Source: Minisyncoccota bacterium
GTDB taxonomy: Bacteria > Patescibacteriota > Minisyncoccia > Phycocordibacterales > UBA9973
Direction of reading: 5' to 3'
Assembly: GCA_041662525.1 (NCBI GenBank)
Contig: JBAZSF010000003.1
Location: 14,187 to 78,186 of the forward strand
DNA: 64,000 nt
Part shown: positions 37,617 through 47,952 of the stretch, in pieces
Numbering within the stretch: the first letter of the stretch is position 1
Layout: every line of letters begins with the position of its first letter
The notes under the pieces: generated by a model
Database searches by the model: none
The model's input: only the letters and a program-made list of their open reading frames with translations
Told to the model about the DNA's origin: nothing
Program-made: the position numbers and the translations under genes

Positions 37617-38369
37617 ATGCAAAAAGTAGAAAATAAGAAAGAGCTGGATACAATCATAGAGAAAATGTTCAAAGCTGGAGCTCATTATGGGTACAGCAAA
37701 ACCCGAAGACACCCCTCTGTTTCAAAATATATATACGCCACAAAAAACAAAGGAGACATAATCAATCTTGAAAAAACAAGCATGCTTTTAGACGAAGCAA
37801 CAGAATTTATAAAAAGCTTAGGAGCTAAAAACAAAGTTGTTCTTTTTGTTGGCACCAAACCTGAAGCCAAAGTTGCGATAAAGAATATTGCAGAAATACT
37901 AAAAATGCCTTACGTCGTAGAAAGATGGATAGGTGGAACTCTCTCTAATTTTACAGAAATAAAAAAAAGAATCACTGAATTAGAAACTTATCAAAAAGAT
38001 AGTATTGGAGGTGGGCTTGATAAATACACTAAAAAAGAAAGAGTGGTGATGGCAAAAAAAATGGAGAAACTAGCAAAATATTATACTGGTTTATTGGGGT
38101 TAAAAAAGGCCCCAGATGCTCTATTTATCATAGACGCAAAGAGCGAACACATAGCAGCCACCGAAGCTAGAAAGTCTGGTATTAAGGTGATTTCTTTAGT
38201 AAATTCTGATTCTAATATAAAAGAGATTGATTACCCTATCGTGGCAAACGATTCAGGGATACCATCTATCAAATTTTTTATTAATGCTATTGCGAATGCT
38301 TATAGAGAAGGCCAAGAATCCGCCGAAGTAGAAAACCCTATCTCTCCGAAAGCTGAAAAGAAATCATAA
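37617..38369 (+). CDS. rpsB: 30S ribosomal protein S2
   Basis: AGAHYG, LFVGTK, RWIGGTLSNF. Confidence 0.97.
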   Translation: MQKVENKKELDTIIEKMFKAGAHYGYSKTRRHPSVSKYIYATKNKGDIINLEKTSMLLDEATEFIKSLGAKNKVVLFVGTKPEAKVAIKNIAEILKMPYVVERWIGGTLSNFTEIKKRITELETYQKDSIGGGLDKYTKKERVVMAKKMEKLAKYYTGLLGLKKAPDALFIIDAKSEHIAATEARKSGIKVISLVNSDSNIKEIDYPIVANDSGIPSIKFFINAIANAYREGQESAEVENPISPKAEKKS

Positions 38370-38377
38370 ACAATAAT

Positions 38378-39157
38378 ATGTCTATTCAAATCACTACAGA
38401 GCAAGTCAAAGAGCTCCGAGATACCACTGGTATTTCAGTAATGCAATGCAAACGTGCCCTCGAGGAAGCTCTCGGCGACATGAAAAAAGCTATCGCGATC
38501 TTAAAAAAGACCAGTTCTGATATTGCACTCAAAAAGGTCAATCGTGAAGTCTCCGAGGGAAGAGTTTCAATTAAAACAAAGGAAGGTAAAGCAATCTTGG
38601 TGTCTCTGCATTGTGAGACTGATTTTGTTGCTAAAAATGAAGACTTTGCAGCGCTTCTCGAAACTCTTGCCAATAAAGCATTAAAAGATGGGGTGGAAAA
38701 AATGAAGGCAGAGGCAAAAGATATAATAGATCCCATAATCCAAAAAACTGGAGAAAATATTCAATTAGGTGACATATATGAAGTAGAAGGAAGTGTGTTG
38801 GGAATTTATGTACACAACAATAAAACAGGAGTTATTGTTTCCTTAGAAGGAGGCAATGCAGAACTCGCAAAAGACATCGCTATGCACACAACCGCCATGA
38901 AACCAGAATATATTACAGAGGCAGAAATAACTGATGATGCAAAGAAAACAATGCAGGAGATTTTTGAAAAAGAAGTTGCCAGTATTAATAAACCTGAGGA
39001 AATAAAGAAGAAAATGTTGGATGGAAAAATGACAACATATTTCAAAGAAAAAACTTTAATCAACCAAAGTTTTATAAAAGATGGAGAGATAACGATAGGT
39101 AAGCTGCTAGAAAAGAATAATGCAAAAATCAAAGAAGTAAAAGTTTATTCAATATAA
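38378..39157 (+). CDS. tsf: Elongation factor Ts
   Basis: VKELRD.TG...M.CK.AL, CETDFVAKN. Confidence 0.97.
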   Translation: MSIQITTEQVKELRDTTGISVMQCKRALEEALGDMKKAIAILKKTSSDIALKKVNREVSEGRVSIKTKEGKAILVSLHCETDFVAKNEDFAALLETLANKALKDGVEKMKAEAKDIIDPIIQKTGENIQLGDIYEVEGSVLGIYVHNNKTGVIVSLEGGNAELAKDIAMHTTAMKPEYITEAEITDDAKKTMQEIFEKEVASINKPEEIKKKMLDGKMTTYFKEKTLINQSFIKDGEITIGKLLEKNNAKIKEVKVYSI

Positions 39158-39158
39158 T

Positions 39159-39566
39159 ATGTACATTCTTTTAATTTTGTTTTTTGGATCACTCATCGGA
39201 ATCACTTTTATGATAGGAAGGAAATTATTACTGCTCCAAAATGGACAAATATCATACAAGGAAAGTGCAGAAACTTTTTTAAAAGCCCAATACTTTGAAG
39301 AATTGAAGCATTCAGCTTTTAAAACAATTAAGAAACATCGATATACTGGACTAGTAACAATAGTTAGATTGTACGTTATATCTTCTAATTTTTTAAAGAA
39401 TAAATATGAGCAGATAAAGATTAAAATAAAGGATGCCTATTATAAAAAAATAAACAATGGGGCAAAAGAAAAAAGAGAAGTTCCTAAATTTCTAAAAATT
39501 ATTTCAGAATATAAGCACAAAATCAGAGAGATAAGGCACAAAATAAAAGAGGAAGAAAATTTGTAA
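39159..39566 (+). CDS. Hypothetical membrane protein
   Basis: N-terminal TM, Lys-rich; coupled to tsf. Confidence 0.7.
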   Translation: MYILLILFFGSLIGITFMIGRKLLLLQNGQISYKESAETFLKAQYFEELKHSAFKTIKKHRYTGLVTIVRLYVISSNFLKNKYEQIKIKIKDAYYKKINNGAKEKREVPKFLKIISEYKHKIREIRHKIKEEENL

Positions 39567-39574
39567 CAAATTAT

Positions 39575-39650
39575 GCCGCCTTAGCTCAGTTGGTAGAGCA
39601 ACACTTTTGTAAAGTGAAGGTCCTCGGTTCGAATCCGAGAGGCGGCTCCA
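39575..39650 (+). tRNA. tRNA-Thr(UGU)
   Basis: GCCGCCT/AGGCGGC acceptor, loop TTTGTAA, GGTTCGAATCC, CCA. Confidence 0.95.
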
Positions 39651-39798
39651 GCAGGTTAATATAGACTCAAAACGAGAAACAGCTCAAATAGGTCAATATA
39701 GGTTCAAAACGTGAGACGACTCCAGCAGGTTAATATAGACTCAAAACGAGAAACAGCTCAAATAGGTCAATATAGGTTCAAAACGTTAGGTGGCTCCA
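39646..39798 (+). repeat. Tandem repeat (2 x 74 bp; 4 x ~37 bp) following tRNA-Thr
   Basis: ctccagcaggttaatatagactcaaaacgagaaacagctcaaataggtcaatataggttcaaaacgt at 39646 and 39720. Confidence 0.9.
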
Positions 39799-39807
39799 AT
39801 AAAAATC

Positions 39808-40500
39808 TTATTTATTTTTAGGAATAGAAACTTTTTGAGTAGTTGGCTCTTGAAGTTTAAAAGATTCTTGAACACGAGTTTCTAGATCTTCTAAACTATG
39901 AAAACCAGTCAATACTTCATCGTCTATAACCAATGCTGGGAGTTCCGTGTCTTTTATTTTATAAATTTGAAGCATAGAAGTAACAGCCGAGAGATCAGTA
40001 CTGTAATCAAAGGAATAAACCCTAAGCTCAGGATATTCTGTTCGAAGGGTTGAAAGCACTAGGCTTTGTTGTCCACACAAGCTACAATTTGATGCTGTAG
40101 TGTAAAAATAAAGGATAAATGCAGACTTTGTCCCGCATCTAGAAGAAATTTTTTTAGTTAATAAATAATCTTTAATTTGCAATAGTGAATAATATTTCTT
40201 TAAATATGTAACCTCATCTACAGAACCTAAATTATTTTCGCTCCACTCTAGCTTGCTCCCAAGCTCACCTAATTCGCTCGAAAATACAGAATCAGAAATA
40301 CTTTTACAAGAAAGTTCGGAAAGCAGAGAAAATTGAGTTTCTGAAGAAAGTATATCAATAGCTATTTTATCTTGGATTGTTTTTAATTGATTAATCTTTT
40401 TATTCCCAAAATAATTACTAAGATAAATAGCGGTGACAAAAAGTCCCACAGTAATCAATAAAACAATTAAATATTTTTTCCAATCAATATTATTATTCAT
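39808..40500 (-). CDS. Membrane-anchored protein with thioredoxin-like CxxC domain
   Basis: N-terminal TM; LYFY...CSLC...P.LVID. Confidence 0.7.
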   Translation of the reverse strand: MNNNIDWKKYLIVLLITVGLFVTAIYLSNYFGNKKINQLKTIQDKIAIDILSSETQFSLLSELSCKSISDSVFSSELGELGSKLEWSENNLGSVDEVTYLKKYYSLLQIKDYLLTKKISSRCGTKSAFILYFYTTASNCSLCGQQSLVLSTLRTEYPELRVYSFDYSTDLSAVTSMLQIYKIKDTELPALVIDDEVLTGFHSLEDLETRVQESFKLQEPTTQKVSIPKNK

Positions 40501-40578
40501 CCCAGTACTAAAATTTTAATTAATAATCTTTATCTTTATGTCCCGTAATCAAAAATTTAGTACGGGACAGGTATATTT

Positions 40579-41862
40579 TTATCTCCAAGCGGGCTTTCTT
40601 TGTAAAATAGTATTATAAACTGCTTTCATCAGCCAAAACGGAGCGACAATAGAAAAAATGGGGAAAAAATAAAACATATCAAGAGACAAACCCCATTTCC
40701 CTTCGGTCATTTTTCGACCTAAGATCATCGCAAAAATTACTAAAAAATATATACAAAAAATTAAAAATATAAAAGATTGAGTATTTATAAAAAATGGATC
40801 AAAAATAAAACTTTTTACCTTAAAAGTAAAACCAACTGTTCCAAATTGAATAATTTTTGAATATATAAAATCCGCCAAACTATAAACAATTCTACTAAAA
40901 AGATAAGTTACAGAAAAAATAGAAATAACACCCATGGGTAAAGTGAACAAAGCAAAATTACCATATTGTTTTTTAAATAAAACATTTCGGTAATCAATGG
41001 TATTGTTGATAAAACCATAAATCCAGCGTAATCTTTGTTTATAAAGTTTTTTAGTTGTTCCAGGTGTATTTGTATAGACAAATGCATCATTACAATGTTC
41101 TATTTTATAATGATTTTTCTGCATACGATAAGCGATTTCCATATCTTCTGTATTGTGTCCATGATTATAACCCCCTAAACTATCGAACACTTTCTTTTTA
41201 AAAATAGTCATAGGCCCCGGAGTCACATTAATAGCTCCTAAGAAACCAAGCATTTTCTTAAAATAAACACCCATATTATATTCAGCTTTTTGCGCCTTTT
41301 TTAAAATATTTTTTGAACTAGATATAATAACAGACGGAGAAACTGCCATAATATTAGGATCTTTTTCGAAATAACTCATAATACGGACAAGAGATTCAGG
41401 ATCAGCAAATGAATCTGCATCCAAACCACCAAAAAAATCGGTCTTCGTATTTTGGATTCCCAGATTGAGTGCAGTAAACTTCCCCCCGTTTTCTTTATGA
41501 AAAACTTTTATATTAGAATAATCTTTAAACTTATTTATTACATTCAGTGTATTGTCTGCAGAACCATCGTCAATTAGAAATATTTCAAGCTTATCTTTTG
41601 GGTAATTTAAACCAAGCAGAGAATTTACAGTTTTTTCAACAGTACTTTCTTCATTCCAACAAGGCACAACAATTGTTACAGATGGGTAAGTCTCTAATGT
41701 AATTCTCCCCTTTCTAATAACTATTTTTTTTCTATTTTCAATAAAAGTAACTAAAAAAAACACCTGCACAAAAACAGACAAAAAAATCAAAATATAAAAT
41801 ATAAGGTCAAAAAATGATGTTATCATCACTAATATCATAACATTTTTAGGACTTTTATGCAA
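40579..41862 (-). CDS. Family 2 processive glycosyltransferase
   Basis: DDGSAD, DAD, TED, QRLRW, TM segments. Confidence 0.92.
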   Translation of the reverse strand: MHKSPKNVMILVMITSFFDLIFYILIFLSVFVQVFFLVTFIENRKKIVIRKGRITLETYPSVTIVVPCWNEESTVEKTVNSLLGLNYPKDKLEIFLIDDGSADNTLNVINKFKDYSNIKVFHKENGGKFTALNLGIQNTKTDFFGGLDADSFADPESLVRIMSYFEKDPNIMAVSPSVIISSSKNILKKAQKAEYNMGVYFKKMLGFLGAINVTPGPMTIFKKKVFDSLGGYNHGHNTEDMEIAYRMQKNHYKIEHCNDAFVYTNTPGTTKKLYKQRLRWIYGFINNTIDYRNVLFKKQYGNFALFTLPMGVISIFSVTYLFSRIVYSLADFIYSKIIQFGTVGFTFKVKSFIFDPFFINTQSFIFLIFCIYFLVIFAMILGRKMTEGKWGLSLDMFYFFPIFSIVAPFWLMKAVYNTILQRKPAWR

Positions 41863-41911
41863 AATAAAAAGACCCTTAAAAGGGTCTTTTTATTCAACAA
41901 AAAATCACAAA

Positions 41912-42202
41912 TTACATCTTTTCTTCCATTTTTTCAGTTCCACAGCAAGCACCGTGTGCTTCCATGTTTTTCTTACATCTGCAACCAAAAATCTTCATAA
42001 CAGCAGCGATACCTACAAGCACATAAATTATTCCTTCAACTATTGGCATAGATCCAAAAATCATATTTACGACATTCCATGCTTCTCTACTATTCCCCAT
42101 CAACATTCCAATACCAATCAATCCCCAATTTAAACCTCCTATGATTAGTAAAATTTTACCAATCTTAGAACAAATACACATACCTTTATTTCCCATATCC
42201 AT
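41912..42202 (-). CDS. DUF378 family membrane protein
   Basis: LLIIGGLNWGLIG...IYVLVGIAA. Confidence 0.85.
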   Translation of the reverse strand: MDMGNKGMCICSKIGKILLIIGGLNWGLIGIGMLMGNSREAWNVVNMIFGSMPIVEGIIYVLVGIAAVMKIFGCRCKKNMEAHGACCGTEKMEEKM

Positions 42203-42328
42203 ATATTTTTTAATTTCAGCCTGAGGCTGATCCGCCTATGGCGGAAAATTATTATTAATACATTAATTATACTACTTTTTTATATTGTATGCTACAATAG
42301 TATATTATTACAATAGAAAATAGGAAAT

Positions 42329-43087
42329 ATGGAAAATAACAACCAAAAATCAATAGTAAGTGCAATTATCATAGTAGGGGTTTTGATAGCTGGAGCAATT
42401 TTATTAAAAGGTAGCTCGACACCCAAAAATCCTAAAACAACTGAAAATGGAATTCCGGTAACGACTGCCATGCTAGCGCCAGTTGGAAAAGAAGACAGAA
42501 CACTTGGAAACCCACAAGCAAAAGTTACTCTTATTGTATATGAAGATTTTCAATGTCCTTTTTGTGCAGCAGTTACAGGGTTAGGGCTTGATTCACCTTC
42601 TATGAAACCTGTAATGGATTACTTAAGAAAAAATGATCCTGCTTGGACTCCTTTTATGCCTGAGATTGTTAATAATTATGTAAAAAATGGAGAAGTATTG
42701 CTTGTATATAGAGACTTTACTTTCTTAGGTTCAGAATCAGTAAAGGCTTCTGAGGCTGCAAGGTGTGCAGGAGATCAAGGAAAATTTTGGGAATATCATG
42801 ACTATCTTTATTCTCACCACGGTGGAGAAAACAATGGAAGTTTCGCAGATCCTAAATTAAAATCTTTTGCCAAAGAACTTAAATTAGACACTTCTATTTT
42901 TGATGCCTGCTTAGACAATGGTAAATATACGAAAGCAGTTGAAGATTCAAAAAATGAAGGAGCTGCCGCTGGAGTTACCGGCACACCGAAAGGATTCATC
43001 TTAAGAGATGGAAAAATCGCAGGCACTATCGACGGAGCTGAACCACTCAGTATGGTAAAGCCAAAGATAGACGCAGCGTTGGAATAA
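42329..43087 (+). CDS. DsbA-family thioredoxin-fold protein
   Basis: DFQCPFC, AARCAGDQGKFWEYHD, GVTGTP. Confidence 0.92.
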   Translation: MENNNQKSIVSAIIIVGVLIAGAILLKGSSTPKNPKTTENGIPVTTAMLAPVGKEDRTLGNPQAKVTLIVYEDFQCPFCAAVTGLGLDSPSMKPVMDYLRKNDPAWTPFMPEIVNNYVKNGEVLLVYRDFTFLGSESVKASEAARCAGDQGKFWEYHDYLYSHHGGENNGSFADPKLKSFAKELKLDTSIFDACLDNGKYTKAVEDSKNEGAAAGVTGTPKGFILRDGKIAGTIDGAEPLSMVKPKIDAALE

Positions 43088-43094
43088 TCTAATC

Positions 43095-43135
43095 AAGAAA
43101 AATCCAGCAAGGACTCCCCTTGCTGGATTTTTCTT
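43095..43135. repeat. REP-like palindrome 1
   Basis: aagaaaaatccagcaagg-actcc-ccttgctggatttttctt. Confidence 0.85.
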
Positions 43136-43154
43136 ATTTGTATATAATATATTC

Positions 43155-43829
43155 ATGTATAGAAAAACACCATTTGTCGAAAAAGAACACTATCATATAT
43201 ATTCTAGAGGAGTAGAGAAACGTAAAATATTTCTGAATATAAAAGATTATAATCGTTTTGTGGCTTTGCTGTACATCATGAATCAAAGCATATCATTTCG
43301 ATTTGATAATTTTTTACAAGCACATAAAAATAACTTAGAAGAAATTTTCAAAGAGCAACGAGAAAAAACTCTCGTTTCAATTTTGGGATACTGTCTAATG
43401 CCAAATCATTTTCATTTAATACTTTATGAACACACGGAGGGTGGCATTAGTAAATTTATGGGTAAACTTTTAACTGCTTATTCGATGTATTTTAATACAA
43501 AATACGAAAGAAGTGGTCCCCTTCTAACACGCCCATTCAGATCACAGCATATTGAAAATGAATCGCAGTATATGTACATATTTTCTTATGTGCACCTCAA
43601 TCCACTTTCAATTATTGATAAAGAATGGAAAGAAAGTATTAAAAATAAAAAAGAGGCCAAAGAATTTTTAGAAAAATATCAATTCTCAAGCTATTTAGAT
43701 TTTCTAGAAAACAACAGACTAGAATCTGCAATTATTGATTTTTCATTGATTCCAGAATATATAAAAGAAATAGAATTAGATTTTAAAACACTTGAACAGA
43801 TATTTAATGAAAACCAACCAATTAATTAG
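43155..43829 (+). CDS. REP-associated tyrosine transposase (RAYT, IS200/Y1 HUH family)
   Basis: YHIYSRG, YCLMPNHFHL, YFN.KY.RSG, YVHLNP. Confidence 0.88.
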   Translation: MYRKTPFVEKEHYHIYSRGVEKRKIFLNIKDYNRFVALLYIMNQSISFRFDNFLQAHKNNLEEIFKEQREKTLVSILGYCLMPNHFHLILYEHTEGGISKFMGKLLTAYSMYFNTKYERSGPLLTRPFRSQHIENESQYMYIFSYVHLNPLSIIDKEWKESIKNKKEAKEFLEKYQFSSYLDFLENNRLESAIIDFSLIPEYIKEIELDFKTLEQIFNENQPIN

Positions 43830-43842
43830 TTAATTAATAGTT

Positions 43843-43863
43843 CAGCAAGGGCTCCCCTTACTG
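43843..43863. repeat. REP-like palindrome 2
   Basis: cagcaagggctccccttactg. Confidence 0.8.
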
Positions 43864-43865
43864 GG

Positions 43866-44411
43866 TTAATTTAATATGTATTCCCAACCCGGTTTCCATG
43901 CTTTAGTTTTTCGCCAGTCTTCAGCTAACGCTTCCTCCCATGTCTTACCCTTAAGTAAAACATCAAGTGCAAGTTGAGGTGCCTTATGTGCCACGATAGC
44001 AACACTTTTGCCATCGTAATTCTCTTTTAAGAATTTCAAAAAATTAGCCATTCTATTTTTTACATCTTCATAACTTTCTCCTTTCGGGAATCTTTTCATT
44101 ACACATTCTTCTTCACACATTGGTTCAACAATTTCTGAAGGGCTAGCATTTAATTCCCCATAATTACATTCACGCAATCTGCTATCTTTTATAATCGGAG
44201 CCATTTCTTTAAAAGCTAAATTTGCTGAGTCAAATGCTCTTTTTAAATCTGAACAGAAAATTACATCAAATTTTTTAGTAACTTGATTTCCTAATTCAAT
44301 AGATTGTTTTATCCCTAATTCTGAAAGTTCAACATCAGACCAGCCAGAGGAAATTTCTTTTTCATTGTCTGTTGTGGTGCCGTGAACAAAGTAAGTTATT
44401 TTTATTGACAT
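43866..44411 (-). CDS. Histidine phosphatase family protein
   Basis: VHG (RHG-like), SDLKRA, LRECNYG, GESY, VAH. Confidence 0.88.
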   Translation of the reverse strand: MSIKITYFVHGTTTDNEKEISSGWSDVELSELGIKQSIELGNQVTKKFDVIFCSDLKRAFDSANLAFKEMAPIIKDSRLRECNYGELNASPSEIVEPMCEEECVMKRFPKGESYEDVKNRMANFLKFLKENYDGKSVAIVAHKAPQLALDVLLKGKTWEEALAEDWRKTKAWKPGWEYILN

Positions 44412-44424
44412 AATCTTTGTTTTC

Positions 44425-44445
44425 CAGCAAGGACTCCCCTTGCTG
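44425..44445. repeat. REP-like palindrome 3
   Basis: cagcaaggactccccttgctg. Confidence 0.85.
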
Positions 44446-44447
44446 AA

Positions 44448-44921
44448 TTAGTGTTCTAATACCATTTTCACTCTAGGTGTTCCATTACCAAAATAATTTT
44501 CTATTGTTTCAGTGATTTTAAAACCCAAAGATTCATATAAATTAACCGCCTCAATATTACCTGGAAAAGTTACCAACCAAATCTTTGATGCACTTGAAAA
44601 TTTAGAAAGAAATTGATTCATAGCTTCTCTACCCAGACCCCTACCTTGAAAATCTGGATCAATAGCTAATACATTTAGATAAATTATATTATTTTCTTTC
44701 CTTTCATATTGAATTTGTCCCACAATCTTTTTCCCAGCTTTTACCATAAAAAAGGATTTATTTTCACCATATATTTGTTCTGGCTTAGTTTCAGCCCGAT
44801 AAGTTGGTTTAGCAAGTCTTTGTTCTAGAGCAAAAAAAGTTTCAAAATCTGCTTCAGTTCCTTCTACTAAAGTTACTGGTCCTAATTCTTGAGTATTTTT
44901 AGTTTTGTTTAAGTCTTCCAT
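44448..44921 (-). CDS. GNAT N-acetyltransferase
   Basis: LAIDPDFQGRGLG, N..A..LYESLGF. Confidence 0.9.
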   Translation of the reverse strand: MEDLNKTKNTQELGPVTLVEGTEADFETFFALEQRLAKPTYRAETKPEQIYGENKSFFMVKAGKKIVGQIQYERKENNIIYLNVLAIDPDFQGRGLGREAMNQFLSKFSSASKIWLVTFPGNIEAVNLYESLGFKITETIENYFGNGTPRVKMVLEH

Positions 44922-44958
44922 ATTTTTATTATAATTTGACTAGGTCTGACTTAGTCGA

Positions 44959-46203
44959 TTAATCAAAATAATTCTTTAGCCTGGCTATTTTTTCGTGCTG
45001 GCGGAGTTTTTCATGGACTTTCGCCTCAATTTGACGAATACGCTCTCGAGTTACTCCAAACTCTTCCCCTACTCTCTCTAGAGTATGCTGAATGCCATCC
45101 ATTAAACCATAACGCATTTCTAAAATCTTGCGCTCTTTGGGATTAAGCTCGTCTAGCACTTCACGAATCTGGTCAGAGAGAATTCTGCGAGAAGATTCTT
45201 GATCTGGGCGTAAAATCTTATCATCTGGGATAAAATTCTCCAAGGTTGATTTATCGTCATCATCTCCGACAGGTTGTTCGAGTGATACTGTCTCTTGTGA
45301 AATATTTTCAATAACGTGAATTTTTTCAACAGGAATACCCATTTCAGTGGCAATCTCTTCTGCCAAAGGTTCTCTACCTAAATCCTGACTGAGTCGGCGA
45401 TGGGTTTGTTTATATTTAGAAATTGTCTCCACCATGTGCACTGGAATACGAATAGTTCTAGACTGGTCAGCGAGTGCTCGAGTGATAGACTGACGAATCC
45501 ACCAAGTAGCATAAGTGGAAAATTTATATCCTTTAGTCCAATCAAATTTCTCTACGGCCTTAAATAATCCAAGGTTTCCTTCTTGGATCAAATCAAGCAA
45601 GGTTAAATTCGCGGACCTCCCTACATATTTTTTTGCGATAGAAACAACTAGACGTAGGTTAGCACGTGCTAATAAATTTTTTGCTTCAACATCTCCACGT
45701 TCAATGCGCTTAGCTAAGTCCTTTTCATCACTAGCATAAATCAAAGGATATTGTCCTATCTCTTTTAGATATATCTGAATAGAATCATGCATATTTCCTT
45801 TATTCAAATCTTTGTCACTCAAATCAATGTCTAAATTAAGTAAGTTCCCTCCTTCTAACACATCAATAGAAGCTGTTGAAAATTTTTCATAAAGCTCATC
45901 TAAAAATAAAATATTATTTTCAATATCAGGAAAAGTTTTTAATATTTCATCATAAGTAATGAAGCCGCGTTTTCTTCCTTTTTCAATAAGACTATTTGCT
46001 AAAACATCTAATTTTTCTGCCTTTTTCTCAGCAAAAGATAGTTTTTTAATTTTTTCTTTTTTAATAACCTTCTTTTTTTTCACTACTTTTTTTATCTTTT
46101 TATTTTTCTGAACCTGCCTCGCTGATTCAAGGCGGGCTTTTTTTACTTTTTTCACAATTTTTTTTCCTATTTTTTTTATTTTCTTTATTTTTTTCTTTTT
46201 CAT
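44959..46203 (-). CDS. rpoD: Primary sigma factor RpoD with Lys-rich N-terminus
   Basis: [35 protein letters not shown]. Confidence 0.97.
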   Translation of the reverse strand: MKKKKIKKIKKIGKKIVKKVKKARLESARQVQKNKKIKKVVKKKKVIKKEKIKKLSFAEKKAEKLDVLANSLIEKGRKRGFITYDEILKTFPDIENNILFLDELYEKFSTASIDVLEGGNLLNLDIDLSDKDLNKGNMHDSIQIYLKEIGQYPLIYASDEKDLAKRIERGDVEAKNLLARANLRLVVSIAKKYVGRSANLTLLDLIQEGNLGLFKAVEKFDWTKGYKFSTYATWWIRQSITRALADQSRTIRIPVHMVETISKYKQTHRRLSQDLGREPLAEEIATEMGIPVEKIHVIENISQETVSLEQPVGDDDDKSTLENFIPDDKILRPDQESSRRILSDQIREVLDELNPKERKILEMRYGLMDGIQHTLERVGEEFGVTRERIRQIEAKVHEKLRQHEKIARLKNYFD

Positions 46204-46209
46204 AAATAT

Positions 46210-47946
46210 TTATCTTTTTACGCGACTATTTTTAATATCTTCTTTTCTTTTATTTATCTCATTTATTTTTTTTAAAATCTCTATCTCTTCCTCCTTCCCT
46301 TTCAAATTTTGTAATTCTATCATATGCTTTGTTAATTCTTCATTAAAATATTCTTCTTCTATGCTTAACAACATTTCATGCACATCCTTCTCTAGATTTT
46401 CATTATTTGCATAAAATTCCTCTACTTCATAAATCAAATCTTCCTTTATGTCTTTATATTTTTCTCTGACGTTTTCTTTTGCTTTTTCTAACTTTTTAAA
46501 AATAAATTCTGGGTCTATCTTTTTATTAGAAATACTTTCCTGCCAAAAAGCTATCCCTAGCAGTCTCCGCTCTATAGGGTCTTTTCTTAATTTTTTCTCT
46601 ATATTTTCTTTGGCTATTTTTGTTTCCTCCTTTTCATATTTTAACTCAAACTCTACCTTTTTTAAATCTTCCATTAAGGCATTTTCAGATATTCCAGATT
46701 TATTGCTAATTAATGTAATAAAATGTGATTTTTCTATAGAGCTTTCTAATTCATTTATAAAAGGAAGCAAACGCTCCTTTATTTCCCTGCCAGCTTTTCT
46801 GCTATCAGAATTAGTGTCTTTCAAGATTCTCATAAGCATAAATTCAATAAAATGTTTTGAATTTCTTATTGCTTCACGCCATGCATCCACCCCCACTTTC
46901 GAGATCAAATCTGCTGGATCCATGCCTTCTTTTATATCTGCCACTTTTACATCCATACCTAAAGATAATGCAATTTTTGCAAAACGATTTGTGGCATTTA
47001 CTCCTGCGCGATCAGCATCATAAGCAAGGACAATATTTTTTGATAATCTAGTGATAAGTCCAAGATTATTTATAATATTTTCTTTCGACATTATTGAATC
47101 AGCCATGGCTGTCCCAGAAGAAGCTACTGTATTTTTAAATCCTGACTGATGAGATAAAATCAAATCCATTTGACCTTCAACCAGAATAGAAAAGTCATTT
47201 TTTCTAATGGTATCTTTAGCTTTATCTATACCAAAAAGTACAGAAGATTTATTAAAAATAATAGTCTCTGGACTATTTAAATATTTAGCAGACTTTCCGT
47301 CATCCACAAAGATTCTTCCAGAAAAAGCAATGATCCGTCCACTAGAATCACCCATAGGAAACATTATCCGTCCACGAAACCTATCGTAATAGCCCTTCTC
47401 TGTTTTTTTAATTAATCCAGCTTTTTCTAATTCGTTATCAGTAAAATTTTTAGATTTTAAATAATCATAAAGTTTACGCCAATCAAGCAAAGCAAAACCA
47501 ATTCTAAATTCTTTTATTGTTTTTTCTTCCAAACCCCTAGATTTAAGATAACTTAGGGCCTCATTATTGGTCGCCAAATTATCACAAAAATATAATGTTG
47601 CTATTTCCATCACCTCGTACAACCTTTCCTTTTCACTCTGACTTTTTTGTTCTTTAAGATTGTGAGATTCTAAGACAATCCCCGCTTTGCCAGCAAGTAA
47701 TTTAAGAGCTCCCCTGAAATCAAGACCCTCAAATTCTTCTACAAAAGTAAAAATATCGCCTTTCACCCCACAACCAAAGCAATAGTAAGTCCCCCTGTCA
47801 GGAGAAATAAAAAATGACGGGGTTTTCTCATTATGAAATGGGCACCTTGCTTTTAGATTTGCGCCTACCTTTTCAAGCTTTATATAAGAAGATACAACTT
47901 CTTCAATTGATAGTCTCTCCTTAATTTTAGCAACAGGAGAATTCAT
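46210..47946 (-). CDS. dnaG: DNA primase
   Basis: CPFHNEKTPSF...CFGC, DRFRGR, KYLNSPET, TOPRIM EG.MD/DAD. Confidence 0.97.
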   Translation of the reverse strand: MNSPVAKIKERLSIEEVVSSYIKLEKVGANLKARCPFHNEKTPSFFISPDRGTYYCFGCGVKGDIFTFVEEFEGLDFRGALKLLAGKAGIVLESHNLKEQKSQSEKERLYEVMEIATLYFCDNLATNNEALSYLKSRGLEEKTIKEFRIGFALLDWRKLYDYLKSKNFTDNELEKAGLIKKTEKGYYDRFRGRIMFPMGDSSGRIIAFSGRIFVDDGKSAKYLNSPETIIFNKSSVLFGIDKAKDTIRKNDFSILVEGQMDLILSHQSGFKNTVASSGTAMADSIMSKENIINNLGLITRLSKNIVLAYDADRAGVNATNRFAKIALSLGMDVKVADIKEGMDPADLISKVGVDAWREAIRNSKHFIEFMLMRILKDTNSDSRKAGREIKERLLPFINELESSIEKSHFITLISNKSGISENALMEDLKKVEFELKYEKEETKIAKENIEKKLRKDPIERRLLGIAFWQESISNKKIDPEFIFKKLEKAKENVREKYKDIKEDLIYEVEEFYANNENLEKDVHEMLLSIEEEYFNEELTKHMIELQNLKGKEEEIEILKKINEINKRKEDIKNSRVKR

Positions 47947-47952
47947 AAATTA

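Noticed and set aside
39646-39798. Possible CRISPR array
   Set aside because: Units repeat head-to-tail with no unique spacers, derive from the tRNA end, and no cas genes are in the window.
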